Shown in pieces: positions 44,496 to 54,651 of a stretch of 59,045 nt of DNA (position 1 is its first letter; each line of letters begins with the position of its first letter). Made by a program: the position numbers and the translations under genes. The notes below the pieces were generated by a model, which saw only the letters and a list, made by a program, of their open reading frames with translations, did not search any database and was not told the DNA's origin. This DNA comes from a virus. Taxonomy: Duplodnaviria; Caudoviricetes. The stretch is taken from positions 1 through 59,045 of IMG/VR virus record IMGVR_UViG_3300025151_000040, one strand, 5' to 3'.

Positions 44496-45975
44496 ACAGA
44501 TATTACTAGATAAAAAGGCTCCTCAAGAGATTCGAGAGAAAGCTTTTCTTGTAATTAAAAATCAAAAAGAAAAACAGGAAGTATCTGGAGCACAAACTTC
44601 TGTACTAAAGTTTGCTCAACATATGTATAACGGCTATAGTACTCCTGCTCATATACAATTAATTGCTAAAAGTTTAGAGGCTCTTGAACGAGATGAATTT
44701 GATCGTCTAGCTATATTCATGCCACCAAGACATGGAAAGTCTATGTTATGTTCCGAGATGTTTCCTGCCTGGTTCCTTGGTCGTAATCCTAAAAACTTTG
44801 TTATTCAATCTACTTATGCTCAAGAACTAGCTGATGACTTTGGACGCAAGGTTCGTAACCATGTGAAATCGGAAGAGTTCCTTAAAGTTTTTCCGAACAC
44901 GACACTTCGAGATGATTCTACTTCAGCGAAACGTTTTCATACAGTTCAAGGTGGAACATACTCAGCGGTCGGTGCGGGTGGTGCAATTACAGGTCGTGGT
45001 GCACACTTGTTAATTATTGATGATCCGATAAAAGGGCGAGAAGATGCTGAATCTCAAGTTCAAAGAAGAAATCTTATCGAGTGGTATAAATCGGTCGCAT
45101 TCACACGATTAATGCCTGGCGGAAAAGTAATCATCATTCAAACGAGATGGCACGAAGAAGATCTCGCAGGTTGGGTTTTAGAAAACGAACCAGGAGCATG
45201 GAAAGTTTTAGATCTCCCTGCGCTTAACGATAACGGGGATGCCCTGTGGCCAGAAGCTTATCCCGTAGAAAAATTAAAAAAGATTCAAGCGACAGTCGGA
45301 GAAAGAGTTTGGCAAAGTTTGTACCAGCAGAAACCGAGTGCGGAGCAAGGACAAATTTTAAAAAGAGATTGGTGGCGTGTATGGGAGAAAAAAAGATTAC
45401 CAGGATGTCATACGATTATTCAATCGTGGGATACTGCGTTTAGTGCGAAAGAAACTGCAGACTATTCAGCTCGAACTACATGGGGAGTGTTTACACATAT
45501 AGACGAAGAAGGAAGAGATCAAGCTTGTATAATTTTATTAGAGATGTGGCGTAATCGTGTCGAGTATCCTGAACTAAGAAAAGAAGCTCAACAATCTTTT
45601 TTCGATTGGAAGCCCGATGTCGTCTTAGTCGAGAAACGAGCATCAGGACAGAGCTTACTTCAAGATTTAAGAAGAGCAGGTGTTCCTGTAAAAGAATTTA
45701 CACCAGATCGAGATAAAGTTTCGAGAGCCCATGTCGTAGCATCAATGTTAGAAACAGGATTAGTTTGGGTTTTAAATGAAGCGTGGGTCGATGATTTAAT
45801 TCAAGAATGTGCTTCCTTTCCTTATGGAAAGCACGACGATTTAGTAGATACAACTACTCAAGCGTGGCAACTTATACGAGATAACTATTTAGTTTCTCAC
45901 CCTTTAGATCCAGAAGATGAAGAATGGGACGATAAACCTTATCGCTTAGTACAGAAAAAGTCCTTTTACAGTTAA
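44467..45975 (+). CDS. terL: terminase large subunit (start uncertain, 44449-44467)
   Basis: MPPRHGKS Walker A, LLIIDDP Walker B, QTRWH, WDTA, HDDLVD nuclease. Confidence 0.95.
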   Translation: MNLEILQKAEQILLDKKAPQEIREKAFLVIKNQKEKQEVSGAQTSVLKFAQHMYNGYSTPAHIQLIAKSLEALERDEFDRLAIFMPPRHGKSMLCSEMFPAWFLGRNPKNFVIQSTYAQELADDFGRKVRNHVKSEEFLKVFPNTTLRDDSTSAKRFHTVQGGTYSAVGAGGAITGRGAHLLIIDDPIKGREDAESQVQRRNLIEWYKSVAFTRLMPGGKVIIIQTRWHEEDLAGWVLENEPGAWKVLDLPALNDNGDALWPEAYPVEKLKKIQATVGERVWQSLYQQKPSAEQGQILKRDWWRVWEKKRLPGCHTIIQSWDTAFSAKETADYSARTTWGVFTHIDEEGRDQACIILLEMWRNRVEYPELRKEAQQSFFDWKPDVVLVEKRASGQSLLQDLRRAGVPVKEFTPDRDKVSRAHVVASMLETGLVWVLNEAWVDDLIQECASFPYGKHDDLVDTTTQAWQLIRDNYLVSHPLDPEDEEWDDKPYRLVQKKSFYS

Positions 45976-46001
45976 TAAAATATCGTTATAGTATTTTCAT
46001 T

Positions 46002-46235
46002 ATGGCAAGTATGTACAAAGCGACCAAACCTATGCCGGCGAAATCTAGTCCTAATTATGCGAAAGCTTTAATAGATGAAGATGATCGTTTCTACGATAAA
46101 TATCCAGCGTGTCGTCAAGATGATGAAATGCTCGTTGAAGCTATGAACAATCCAGGAAAAGAAATTACCAGCGAAAGCATGCAAGAAACACCTATGAAAG
46201 TAAGTGGCATGATGGTCATTAAAATTAAGGGGTAA
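46002..46235 (+). CDS. hypothetical protein
   Basis: First ORF after terL; promoter-like TTTACA-N16-TATAGT upstream. Confidence 0.6.
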   Translation: MASMYKATKPMPAKSSPNYAKALIDEDDRFYDKYPACRQDDEMLVEAMNNPGKEITSESMQETPMKVSGMMVIKIKG

Positions 46236-46238
46236 ATT

Positions 46239-46412
46239 ATGAAAGGCGATTTAAACAAAGACGGCAAGATGTCATCTTATGAAAAGAAACGTTCAATGGC
46301 TATTGAAAAAGCTATGATGAAAAAGGGCGGCAAGAAAAAGAAGATGACTAAAAAGAAAATGTCTAAAAAAGACATGATGAAAAAACTAATGAAGATGAGG
46401 AAGAAAAAATAG
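46239..46412 (+). CDS. 57-aa Lys/Met-rich protein with EF-hand-like loop (not in ORF track)
   Basis: MKGDLNKDGKMSSYEKKR..KKGGKKKKMTKKKMSKKDMMKKLMKMRKKK. Confidence 0.7.
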   Translation: MKGDLNKDGKMSSYEKKRSMAIEKAMMKKGGKKKKMTKKKMSKKDMMKKLMKMRKKK

Positions 46413-46414
46413 TC

Positions 46415-46540
46415 ATGGGCGGAAGTAGATATGATGAATTAAGAGCACTTCTAGAGGAAGCACAAGAAGCAGGAGATGATGATAAGATTATAGAAATCGA
46501 ATCTGATATTGCAAAAGAATTCCCAGAAGATGATGATTAA
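46415..46540 (+). CDS. 41-aa acidic protein (not in ORF track)
   Basis: MGGSRYDELRALLEEAQEAGDDDKIIEIESDIAKEFPEDDD; TAATG coupling. Confidence 0.65.
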   Translation: MGGSRYDELRALLEEAQEAGDDDKIIEIESDIAKEFPEDDD

Positions 46541-46824
46541 TGGCTCGAAAACGAGATAAGCAACCTCCTAAGACGAAGAAATATTTTCGCTCTACGAAAA
46601 GTGGTGCGGGTATGACTAAGGCGGGTGTAGCTCGTTATCGAAGAGAGAACCCAGGTTCTAAATTAAAAACTGCTGTTACAGGGAAAGTTAAAAAAGGAAG
46701 TAAGGCAGCTAAGAGAAGAAAATCTTACTGTGCTCGTTCCGCAGGACAAATGAAGAAGTTTCCTAAAGCAGCCAAAGATCCTAATTCTAGATTACGTCAA
46801 GCTAGAAGAAGGTGGAAATGCTAA
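46540..46824 (+). CDS. very basic protein
   Basis: G.T.AGVA.YRRENPGSKLK.AV..RRKS.CAR..DPNSRL..ARRRW.C. Confidence 0.75.
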   Translation: MARKRDKQPPKTKKYFRSTKSGAGMTKAGVARYRRENPGSKLKTAVTGKVKKGSKAAKRRKSYCARSAGQMKKFPKAAKDPNSRLRQARRRWKC

Positions 46825-46851
46825 GAGCATTATTTACGAAACAGATATCTA

Positions 46852-47085
46852 ATGGCAAAAAGAAAAAAACTAAAAAGAGCACCAAAAGAAAAAGGCGTTC
46901 CAAAAAAATATCTTAGTGGAACTTCTGGTAAATTAAGATCAAGAAGAGCTGCAGCTATTAGAAAAAGAGGAAAAGATTATAAGGGAGAGGGAGCACTTCC
47001 TGGCGATCTTGATTCAAAAGGAAGATACAAGGGCGGTGCTAAAAAAAGTAAACACACAGCAAAATTTAAAAGGATGTACGGATAA
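46852..47085 (+). CDS. very basic protein
   Basis: VPKKYLSG..LPGD..KSKHT..F...YG. Confidence 0.7.
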   Translation: MAKRKKLKRAPKEKGVPKKYLSGTSGKLRSRRAAAIRKRGKDYKGEGALPGDLDSKGRYKGGAKKSKHTAKFKRMYG

Positions 47086-47366
47086 TGTCTAAAGTAACTA
47101 AAGCACTTCAAAATAAAGCAAAGAAAACAGGTAAGTCTGTATCTACGTTAAGAAAAATATATAATCGAGGGCTAGCAGCTCATAGAACTTCGGGACACCG
47201 CACGGGTGCTTCTCCACACGCATGGGCGATGGCTAGAGTTAATTCAGCTACTACGGGTGGTAAAGCCGCTAAAGTAGATGCTGATATTTTAAAGGGTAAA
47301 AAAAGTAAAAATAGAAACCCAGATGGTACGAAGAAAAAAACTAAAAAGAAAGGCAAGAAAAAATAA
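47085..47366 (+). CDS. very basic protein
   Basis: L..KA..TG....LR.IY.RG.AA..SGHR.G.....WA.ARVNS. Confidence 0.7.
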   Translation: MSKVTKALQNKAKKTGKSVSTLRKIYNRGLAAHRTSGHRTGASPHAWAMARVNSATTGGKAAKVDADILKGKKSKNRNPDGTKKKTKKKGKKK

Positions 47367-47626
47367 TGACAAAAAATGAAGCTCTGTTAGAATCGCAAAG
47401 GAAACAAATTAAAAAATTAGAAAAAGAAATAGTTAAATATCAATCACGAGAATCTCAAAAGAACGAAGCACTAAAAGAAAAAGATTTGCATATAAAATTT
47501 TTAACAGATCGCTTATCTCAATGGGCAGATAAATTTTTTGACTTACGAACCAACTTTATAAATTTACCTTTATCAAAACAAATAGAAAAACAAAGAGAGA
47601 TGCAAAGTGGCGGAATCGGACAATAA
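47366..47626 (+). CDS. coiled-coil protein
   Basis: Coupled ORF with heptads. Confidence 0.55.
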   Translation: MTKNEALLESQRKQIKKLEKEIVKYQSRESQKNEALKEKDLHIKFLTDRLSQWADKFFDLRTNFINLPLSKQIEKQREMQSGGIGQ

Positions 47627-49928
47627 TATAGAAGATATATTATCTGTATCTGAAGATGGATCTGTAGAAGTAGATATTTCTGAAGAAGAGCAGGAAGAAG
47701 AGGAATTTGTAAATCCTTATGAAACAGATCATTATGCTAATTTAGCAGACGGATTAGATAAAGATAGACTAGCAGAAATTTCTTCAGATCTTCTAACTAA
47801 ATTTGAAAACGATAAATCTTCTAGAAAAGATTGGGAAGATCAATACTCTAAAGGATTAAAAATGTTAGGAGTTATTTCTGAAGATAGAGATGACCCATTT
47901 CCTGGTGCTTCAGGTGTACACAATCCTTTAATGGCAGAAGCAGCAACTCAGTTTCAAGCTAGAGCTGTAGCTGAGATGTTTCCACCAGGAGGCCCTGCTA
48001 AAACTCAGATCATAGGAAAGATAACTGAAGAAAGAGAACGTCAAGCTCAAAGAGTACAAGAGTTTATGAACTATCAGATTACTCAACTAATGCCAGATTA
48101 CTTTAGCGAGTTAGATCAGATGTTATTTAACTTATCTCTTGCAGGTTCAGCATTTAAAAAAGTATATTACGATACTGCTACAGATCAAGTATGTGCAAAG
48201 TTCATACCTGCTGAAGATTTAGTAGTTTCATATACCACCACTGAATTAGATACTAGTCCTCGATATACGCAGATTATGAAATTAACTACTAATGATGTTA
48301 AAAAATACATGAAATCTGGTTTTTATCGAAACATAAAACTATCAGATCCAAGTGATGATGGTGAAGAAAGTCGTGTTCAACAAACTTTAGATGAAATAGA
48401 CGGAATTACAGGAAGCTTAAGTGATCAAAATAGACAAGTTTTAGAATTTCATGTCGATTATAATTTAGAAGATAACGAAGAAGAAATAGAATTACCTTAC
48501 ATTATTACGATAGATCGTGCTACATCACAAGTTTTAGCTATTAGACGTAACTACAAAGAAGATGATAAACTAAAAAATAAGCGAGTTTACTTTATTCATT
48601 ATAAATATTTACCTGGTTTAGGCTTTTACGGCTTTGGTTTAATACATATGATAGGTGGATTACAGCATGCAAGCACTGGTGCGTTACGTGCATTACTAGA
48701 TAGTGCAGCTTTCGCTAACTTAAACGGAGGATTTAAGGCAAAAGGTGCTAGAATTGAAGGTGGAGATATAACTGTATCGCCTGGTGAATGGGTAGAAGTA
48801 GAAGCTTATGGCGATGATTTAAGAAAATCGTTTATTCCTCTTCCATTTAAAGAACCATCGCCTACTTTAATGCAGTTATTAGGAATTTTAACTGAATCTG
48901 GTAGAAGATTTTCGTCTATTGCTGATGCTATGGTCGGAGATGCAGCTTCATCTGCTCCTGTAGGAAGCATTGTAGCTCAAATAGAGCAAGGTTCTAAGGT
49001 ATTTAGTGCTATACATAAGCGATTACACATGTCTCAAGGTAAAGAACTAAGACTAATTGGAGAATTAAACGGAGAATTTTTAGATAATGAGTATCCTTAC
49101 GAAGTTATAGGCGATGAAAAGATGGTAAGACGAAAAGATTTCGATGGACGTGTAGATATTATACCCGTTAGTGACCCAAATATCTTTTCTGCTTCTCAAA
49201 GAATAGCGATGGCGCAAACTGAACTTCAATTAGCTCAATCTGCTCCTCAAATTATAGATGTAAAGAAAGCTTATGAAAGATTAATTAGAGCTTTAAACAT
49301 ACCAGAGCCTGAAGAATTACTAATTGAAGAAATGGAACCTAAAAGAATGGACCCCGTATCTGAAAACATGGCACTTTTAAATGGAAAACCAATAAAATCT
49401 TTTGCTGATCAAAATCACACAGCTCATTTAGCCGTTCATCAACAATTTTTAGCAGATCCACGATTTGGTGGAAATAAACAGGCACTTGAAGCTATATTAG
49501 GTCCTATGTTAGCTCATATGGGAGAACATTTAGCGTATCAATATAAAGGAACAATGCAAAGTATAGGACAACAAGCAGGATTACCAGTTAATATTCCTGA
49601 TATGAGTTCAGATGAAGAACAACAAGAATTATCTCCTGAAGCTGAAAATGCTTTATCACAATTTGAAGCTCAAACTGCTCAATTATTAGCTCAAAGTCAA
49701 CCACCTAATGAAGAACAAATGAAAGAGCAAAGAGAATCTCAAAAAGATCAAGCTGAACTTGCATTAAAAGGAAAAGAAATGCAAATAAGAGAAGCACGTT
49801 TCGTTGAGGGAGTTAAAAAAGACGCTAGAGTTCAAGATAGATTAGAAAGAGAATCTAAGCTAAAAGCGGTCGATCAAGCTATAAAAATAGCAGAAAGGAA
49901 AGATGCTGCAAGGAAAGAAAAGTCTTAG
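47607..49928 (+). CDS. portal protein (P22-like, long)
   Basis: 773 aa after terL; SR..WE, PF.GASG, GSAFKKVYYD, PG.GFYG.G; Gln-rich barrel C-terminus. Confidence 0.88.
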   Translation: MAESDNNIEDILSVSEDGSVEVDISEEEQEEEEFVNPYETDHYANLADGLDKDRLAEISSDLLTKFENDKSSRKDWEDQYSKGLKMLGVISEDRDDPFPGASGVHNPLMAEAATQFQARAVAEMFPPGGPAKTQIIGKITEERERQAQRVQEFMNYQITQLMPDYFSELDQMLFNLSLAGSAFKKVYYDTATDQVCAKFIPAEDLVVSYTTTELDTSPRYTQIMKLTTNDVKKYMKSGFYRNIKLSDPSDDGEESRVQQTLDEIDGITGSLSDQNRQVLEFHVDYNLEDNEEEIELPYIITIDRATSQVLAIRRNYKEDDKLKNKRVYFIHYKYLPGLGFYGFGLIHMIGGLQHASTGALRALLDSAAFANLNGGFKAKGARIEGGDITVSPGEWVEVEAYGDDLRKSFIPLPFKEPSPTLMQLLGILTESGRRFSSIADAMVGDAASSAPVGSIVAQIEQGSKVFSAIHKRLHMSQGKELRLIGELNGEFLDNEYPYEVIGDEKMVRRKDFDGRVDIIPVSDPNIFSASQRIAMAQTELQLAQSAPQIIDVKKAYERLIRALNIPEPEELLIEEMEPKRMDPVSENMALLNGKPIKSFADQNHTAHLAVHQQFLADPRFGGNKQALEAILGPMLAHMGEHLAYQYKGTMQSIGQQAGLPVNIPDMSSDEEQQELSPEAENALSQFEAQTAQLLAQSQPPNEEQMKEQRESQKDQAELALKGKEMQIREARFVEGVKKDARVQDRLERESKLKAVDQAIKIAERKDAARKEKS

Positions 49929-50118
49929 GCCTACAGGAGAGGAAATTAGACAAGCTAAAAAATTTCTTCAAAATAAAAAAGTAAAGCCTCAAGTTATTAA
50001 GCCTAACTTATTTGCTATGGCTTCAAAAGAAATAAATAAAGATTATGATCAAACTTTGCAATCTATTTTAGAAATATTAAATGCTAAAAATAACAGAAGC
50101 AATTCAAGAAGAAATTAA
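49903..50118 (+). CDS. hypothetical protein
   Basis: ORF with GAAAGGA RBS. Confidence 0.55.
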   Translation: MLQGKKSLRPTGEEIRQAKKFLQNKKVKPQVIKPNLFAMASKEINKDYDQTLQSILEILNAKNNRSNSRRN

Positions 50119-50284
50119 AAAACTTAGAAGAGATTTATCTGAACGAACAGTTAATCCAGGTTTTAATACTAACGAACAATATATTAAAACTATCGGAATT
50201 GTTTATGGTTTAGATAGAGCCAGAGATATTATTAAAGATATTTCTGAACGATACATGAAAGGAGATATACTCGAAGATGAGTAA
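50081..50284 (+). CDS. small head-module protein
   Basis: Y...IG.V.GL motif; lies before GroES. Confidence 0.6.
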   Translation: MLKITEAIQEEIKKLRRDLSERTVNPGFNTNEQYIKTIGIVYGLDRARDIIKDISERYMKGDILEDE

Positions 50285-50651
50285 TATTGTCATGAATAAC
50301 GATTGGCATACAGATAATGATATAGCCGATCCTAAAGAACTACCGATACCATGCGGTTATCGAATACTTATTCGACCAGTTGCACCTATTAAAAAAACTC
50401 AAGGTGGAATTATTCTAACTGATAAAGCTGTAGAAGATCAAACGTATCTTAACAGTAAAGGAAGAGTTATAGCTATGGGAAGTGAGTGTTACGACACAAA
50501 AAATCCATGGTGCAAAATTGGAGATTTTGTAGTATATGGTAGATATGCAGGAAGTAAGATTGACGTTGGTGGCGTTAAGATGCTCCTGATAAATGATGAT
50601 GAAGTATTAGCTGTTCTACCGAACCCTGATATTTTAACGACTAAAGTATAA
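50277..50651 (+). CDS. groES: co-chaperonin GroES-like protein
   Basis: P.GYRILIRP..KT.GGIIL..G.V.A.G..GD.V....YAG..IND.EVLA. Confidence 0.9.
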   Translation: MSNIVMNNDWHTDNDIADPKELPIPCGYRILIRPVAPIKKTQGGIILTDKAVEDQTYLNSKGRVIAMGSECYDTKNPWCKIGDFVVYGRYAGSKIDVGGVKMLLINDDEVLAVLPNPDILTTKV

Positions 50652-50692
50652 ACACGTGATTCACCCTCACGCAATACATGGGAGGTTAAACC

Positions 50693-51643
50693 ATGATAGA
50701 CGAAGAACTAAAAGAAGTCGAGGTAACCCTCGATGAAGAAAAAGAAGAACAGGACAATCAAAATCCAATTGAAAAAGCAATCAATGAAGAACAGTTGGAT
50801 TCTGAAGGAGATTCTGTATCGGAAGCAGTGGGAGAAGAAAAGCCTGCACTAGAAACCGAACTTTCTACAATTAAATCTGAAATAGAAGAAATAAAAAAAG
50901 AACCTTATTCTGAAAGAGTAAAAAAACGTATTGCTAAAGAAGTTGCAAAGACTAGAGCTGCAACAGAAAAAGCTAAGCTACTTGAAGAAAGGTTAGCTAA
51001 GATAGAATCTTCTATGGAAGAAAAAGAAAAAGAAGAGAAGGAAGTTCAATATAAAACCGTGTCCCAACAGTTAAAAGAAGCTATCGAATCTGGTGAAACT
51101 GATAGACAAGTTGAATTAATGGAAGCTATGTCAGATCTAAGACAAAATAAAGTTAAAGAATCAGTGCAACCAAAAACTGAAACAGCTGAAGATAAAATTA
51201 AGGCAGTTCCAGAATTAGCTAAAGGTTGGATAGAAAATAATAAACACTGGTGGAATCAACCTGGTTTTAGAGAGGCTACGTCTTTATCTTTTGGTATTGA
51301 TACTCAATTAGTAGAAGAAGGTTTTGACGTAAATGATCCGGAATATTACGAAGAATTAGATAAAAGAATATCTAAGTTTTTTCCTGATTTGATAAAACCA
51401 CAGGAAACAGCCGATAAAAACACTTCACAAGATGATAAAAAAACTGTATCTTCAGAACAGAAGAGAGTGCAATCGCCAGTTGCAGGTGTTTCTCGATCTA
51501 CATCGGGTTCTGCTAAAAGCGTTAAGCTGTCGTCTGATGATTTAGCAAATGCTAAAAAATTCGGAATAGATATTAGCGATCCAGCGGCACTGAAAAGATA
51601 TGCAAAAGAAGTTGCAAGTCTTTCAATACAGGACAAACAATAG
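50693..51643 (+). CDS. capsid scaffolding protein
   Basis: Acidic N-terminus; YSERVKKRI coiled coil; W...N.WW; EYY.ELD.R; position before the capsid gene. Confidence 0.7.
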   Translation: MIDEELKEVEVTLDEEKEEQDNQNPIEKAINEEQLDSEGDSVSEAVGEEKPALETELSTIKSEIEEIKKEPYSERVKKRIAKEVAKTRAATEKAKLLEERLAKIESSMEEKEKEEKEVQYKTVSQQLKEAIESGETDRQVELMEAMSDLRQNKVKESVQPKTETAEDKIKAVPELAKGWIENNKHWWNQPGFREATSLSFGIDTQLVEEGFDVNDPEYYEELDKRISKFFPDLIKPQETADKNTSQDDKKTVSSEQKRVQSPVAGVSRSTSGSAKSVKLSSDDLANAKKFGIDISDPAALKRYAKEVASLSIQDKQ

Positions 51644-51657
51644 AAGGAGCCTGATAA

Positions 51658-52089
51658 ATGACAACTAAAGAAACACGAGATGAGCTTTCTCGTAAAAAAG
51701 CTTGGAGACCGCCATCATTGTTAGAGGCGCCACCAGCGAGGCCAGGATATAGGCAACGTTGGGTAGCGACTAGCATTTTAGGTCAAGATAACCCAACTAA
51801 TTGGGCAAAACGAATGCGAGAAGGTTGGCAACCTAGAGATCCTAAAAATTTACCAAAGGATTTTCCGGTTGCTACAATTGAACATGGAAAATTTGCCGGT
51901 TACATTGGCGTTGAAGGAATGGTTCTCTGCGAAATGCCAGAGGAAATGGTTGCTGAACGTAATAATTATTATGCTCAAAAAACACACAACCAAGAACTTG
52001 CAGTCAGTAATGACTTACATAGAGTAGAACAACCAGGTAATCCTATCCAACGAGAACATAGATCTAAAACGACAACAGGTGGTGAGTAA
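51658..52089 (+). CDS. head-module protein
   Basis: W.PPS.L.APP...G...RW..REGW..G.VLC..P. Confidence 0.7.
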   Translation: MTTKETRDELSRKKAWRPPSLLEAPPARPGYRQRWVATSILGQDNPTNWAKRMREGWQPRDPKNLPKDFPVATIEHGKFAGYIGVEGMVLCEMPEEMVAERNNYYAQKTHNQELAVSNDLHRVEQPGNPIQREHRSKTTTGGE

Positions 52090-52121
52090 GGCAATGGCAA
52101 TTTTAAGGAGGTAAAAATAAA

Positions 52122-52691
52122 ATGGCTAACGCAAATCAACCACAAGGTTTTGTGCCACTAAGACACTTAACCGGCGGCATGATTAGAGCCAATGAATACC
52201 TAATCGAAAACGGTCAAGCTCAAAATTTCTTTTCTGGCGATATCGTAGATCTCGGAGCAGATGGATTTTTAGATAGCTTTGCTAATGCAGATAAAGCGAT
52301 TGGTGTATTTTACGGCGTTGAGTATGTCGATGAAACTACAGGTGATGTGAAGTTCTTAAAAAAATGGGCTTCAGGCACCACTGTGAAAGCAGGAACAGAA
52401 GTAAAGGCTTATGTATATGATGATCCAATGATTACCTATAAAATACAAGCAGGAAACGGTTCAATAGCTCAAGCTAATATTGGTGAGACAGCTAATGTAT
52501 TATTAACTGCAGGTAATTCTACTTATGGATACTCACAACATGAGTTAGACAATGATACTCTTTCAAATGGATCAAGAGTCCTAAGAGTATTAAGATTAAT
52601 TGATATGCCAGAAAATGATTTCGGTGCTGATGCGAAAGTTGAAGTTACTATTAATCAACATAGATTGGCAGTTCAAGGCGCAGGAATCTAA
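52122..52691 (+). CDS. capsid decoration/minor head protein
   Basis: MAN...P.GF.P..GD.V..GVF.GV.Y..DDP; directly upstream of the MCP. Confidence 0.6.
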   Translation: MANANQPQGFVPLRHLTGGMIRANEYLIENGQAQNFFSGDIVDLGADGFLDSFANADKAIGVFYGVEYVDETTGDVKFLKKWASGTTVKAGTEVKAYVYDDPMITYKIQAGNGSIAQANIGETANVLLTAGNSTYGYSQHELDNDTLSNGSRVLRVLRLIDMPENDFGADAKVEVTINQHRLAVQGAGI

Positions 52692-52701
52692 GGAGTAAGT
52701 T

Positions 52702-53610
52702 ATGGCATTAAATAGATCTTTATTTACAAAACAACTTAACTTAGGCCTCAACACTATTTTTGGTATGGAATATGACCGTTACCCAGAGCAGTGGAGAGAA
52801 TTATTTTCTGTTGAACAATCACAAAAAGCTTTTGAAGAAGATGTACAAATGATTGGTTTCGGTGCAGCTCCTACTAAAGCAGAAGGCGCAGCCATCTCTT
52901 ACGAATCAGGAAGAGAAGGTACCGTATCAAGATACACACACGAGACAATCGCATTAGCATTCTCAATTACTGAGGAAGCTGAAGAAGATGGTCTTTACGG
53001 TTCTCTTGGTGCAAAATACGCTAAAGCTTTAGCAAGATCAATGCAGCACACAAAAGAAATTAAAGGTGCGAACATCTTAAACAACGGCTTTAACACAGTA
53101 ACAGGCGGTGATGGAGTAAGCATGCTTAACTCAGCTCACCCACTTGGCGGTGGCGGAACAGCTTCTAACATTTTAGGAACTGCAGCTGACTTATCCGAAA
53201 CATCTCTAGAAACTATGTTAATTCAGATTTCTGAAATGACAGATGACAGAGGTATTCCGGTTGCAGCAACAGGTCAAAAATTGATCGTTCCACCAGAGCT
53301 AATGTTTATTGCTGAAAGAATCGTAAACAGTAATTTAAGACCAGGAACAGCTGATAACGATATTAACGCTATGAAATCTATGGGTATGATCCCAGGTGGA
53401 GTAGCAGTTAATCAACGTTTAACTGATCCAGATGCGTTCTTCTTAATGACAGATGTGCCAGATGGCTTGAAGCATTTCGTAAGACGTAACTTAAAGAAAG
53501 CTGTTGAAGGTGATTTTGAAACAGGAAACTTACGCTACAAAGTATCTGAAAGATACTCTTTCGGTTTTACCGATTGGAGAGGAATCTTCGGAACTCCAGG
53601 CGCAGCCTAA
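52702..53610 (+). CDS. major capsid protein (HK97 fold, Mu gpT-like)
   Basis: L..GLN..FG.EY..S.KAFEE..Y.H.T.AL.F.ITEEA.ED..L.VPP.L..ERYSFG..DWRG. Confidence 0.9.
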   Translation: MALNRSLFTKQLNLGLNTIFGMEYDRYPEQWRELFSVEQSQKAFEEDVQMIGFGAAPTKAEGAAISYESGREGTVSRYTHETIALAFSITEEAEEDGLYGSLGAKYAKALARSMQHTKEIKGANILNNGFNTVTGGDGVSMLNSAHPLGGGGTASNILGTAADLSETSLETMLIQISEMTDDRGIPVAATGQKLIVPPELMFIAERIVNSNLRPGTADNDINAMKSMGMIPGGVAVNQRLTDPDAFFLMTDVPDGLKHFVRRNLKKAVEGDFETGNLRYKVSERYSFGFTDWRGIFGTPGAA

Positions 53611-53620
53611 TAATTAATTA

Positions 53621-53645
53621 AAGTGAGGGTGATATGCCCTCACTT
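53621..53645 (+). terminator. hairpin after the MCP (partial terminator or stabiliser)
   Basis: AAGTGAGGGT-GATAT-GCCCTCACTT; weak U-tract. Confidence 0.55.
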
Positions 53646-53681
53646 CCCTAAGACATAAATGACTACTAAGGAGGTAGACTA

Positions 53682-54137
53682 ATGGGTACAACAACTTTTT
53701 CTGGCCCGATAAAAGCCGGAACAATTAGAGATACATCAGGTACAACAGTTGGAACTGATGTAACAAATGTAGGTTCTGTCGTAATGGCACAATCTAAAGT
53801 AATCGATATTATAGGAGCAGACGCAAACGATCAAGTATGCGCAACTATTCCTGCTAACTCTCAGATTATAGACGTAATTTTAAACGTTACCACAGTTAAT
53901 AACGATGGTGGTGCTGCTACTGTTAGCGTAGGAACTTCAGCTGATCCAAATGCATTTCTTAATGCAGTAAATGTAAAAGCTTTAGCAACTACTCATGGAA
54001 CTTTAGATACTGAAGCTACTGATGTAGGAACTACAGATATACAGGTTTTAGCAGATTTTGCTGCCGCCAGTAACGATGGTACTACTGGTGCAGCTACTGT
54101 AACTGTACTATACATTCAAAATAATAACTTATCTTAA
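53682..54137 (+). CDS. virion structural protein
   Basis: M.TTTFSGPI.AG..IPANSQI..G.A.VTV.Y.Q. Confidence 0.7.
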   Translation: MGTTTFSGPIKAGTIRDTSGTTVGTDVTNVGSVVMAQSKVIDIIGADANDQVCATIPANSQIIDVILNVTTVNNDGGAATVSVGTSADPNAFLNAVNVKALATTHGTLDTEATDVGTTDIQVLADFAAASNDGTTGAATVTVLYIQNNNLS

Positions 54138-54144
54138 TATAAAT

Positions 54145-54170
54145 AGGGCCTTTTAAAGGCCCTTTTATTT
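54145..54170 (+). terminator. intrinsic terminator
   Basis: AGGGCCTT..AAGGCCCT-TTTATTT. Confidence 0.75.
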
Positions 54171-54186
54171 GTATATAGTTAACATT

Positions 54187-54651
54187 ATGGCGAAAGGTTT
54201 AGATAAATTAATTTACGATCCTAGTTTAGAACAACAACCAGACTTTTTTGAAATACAAAAGAAATTACAAGAAAAAAATAAAGATATAAAATCTTCTGAA
54301 GAAGAAGAAGTTCTAGACGTAGATCTTGGTGCAGATAGCGATTCAGATGACTCTAGTGATAAAGTAGATGACTCTAGTGATAAAGTAGATGAAGCAGCTT
54401 CTCAATTAGCTAAATATGCGGATGCTTATAAAAAAATATCTGCAAATTCATCAGCAATAAAACCAAAAGCAGGAGCAAACTTAATGGGAGCAACTAGATC
54501 TATGAGCCCATTTGGTGCATTAGGAAAAGTAGAACAATCTTCAAGCCCATATTTTGCTTCTCAAGGAGCATTAACTAATGCTAAATTTAAAGATATAAAT
54601 AATAAAATTCAAACTTTAAGAAAAATTTTACAAGGAGGTGTAAATGTCTAG
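54187..54651 (+). CDS. hypothetical protein (likely start ATG 54187)
   Basis: ORF after the terminator; contains DDSSDKV x2. Confidence 0.55.
   Translation: MAKGLDKLIYDPSLEQQPDFFEIQKKLQEKNKDIKSSEEEEVLDVDLGADSDSDDSSDKVDDSSDKVDEAASQLAKYADAYKKISANSSAIKPKAGANLMGATRSMSPFGALGKVEQSSSPYFASQGALTNAKFKDINNKIQTLRKILQGGVNV
54345..54392 (+). repeat. 21-nt tandem repeat (2.3 copies)
   Basis: agatgactctagtgataaagt x2 plus agatga. Confidence 0.9.
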
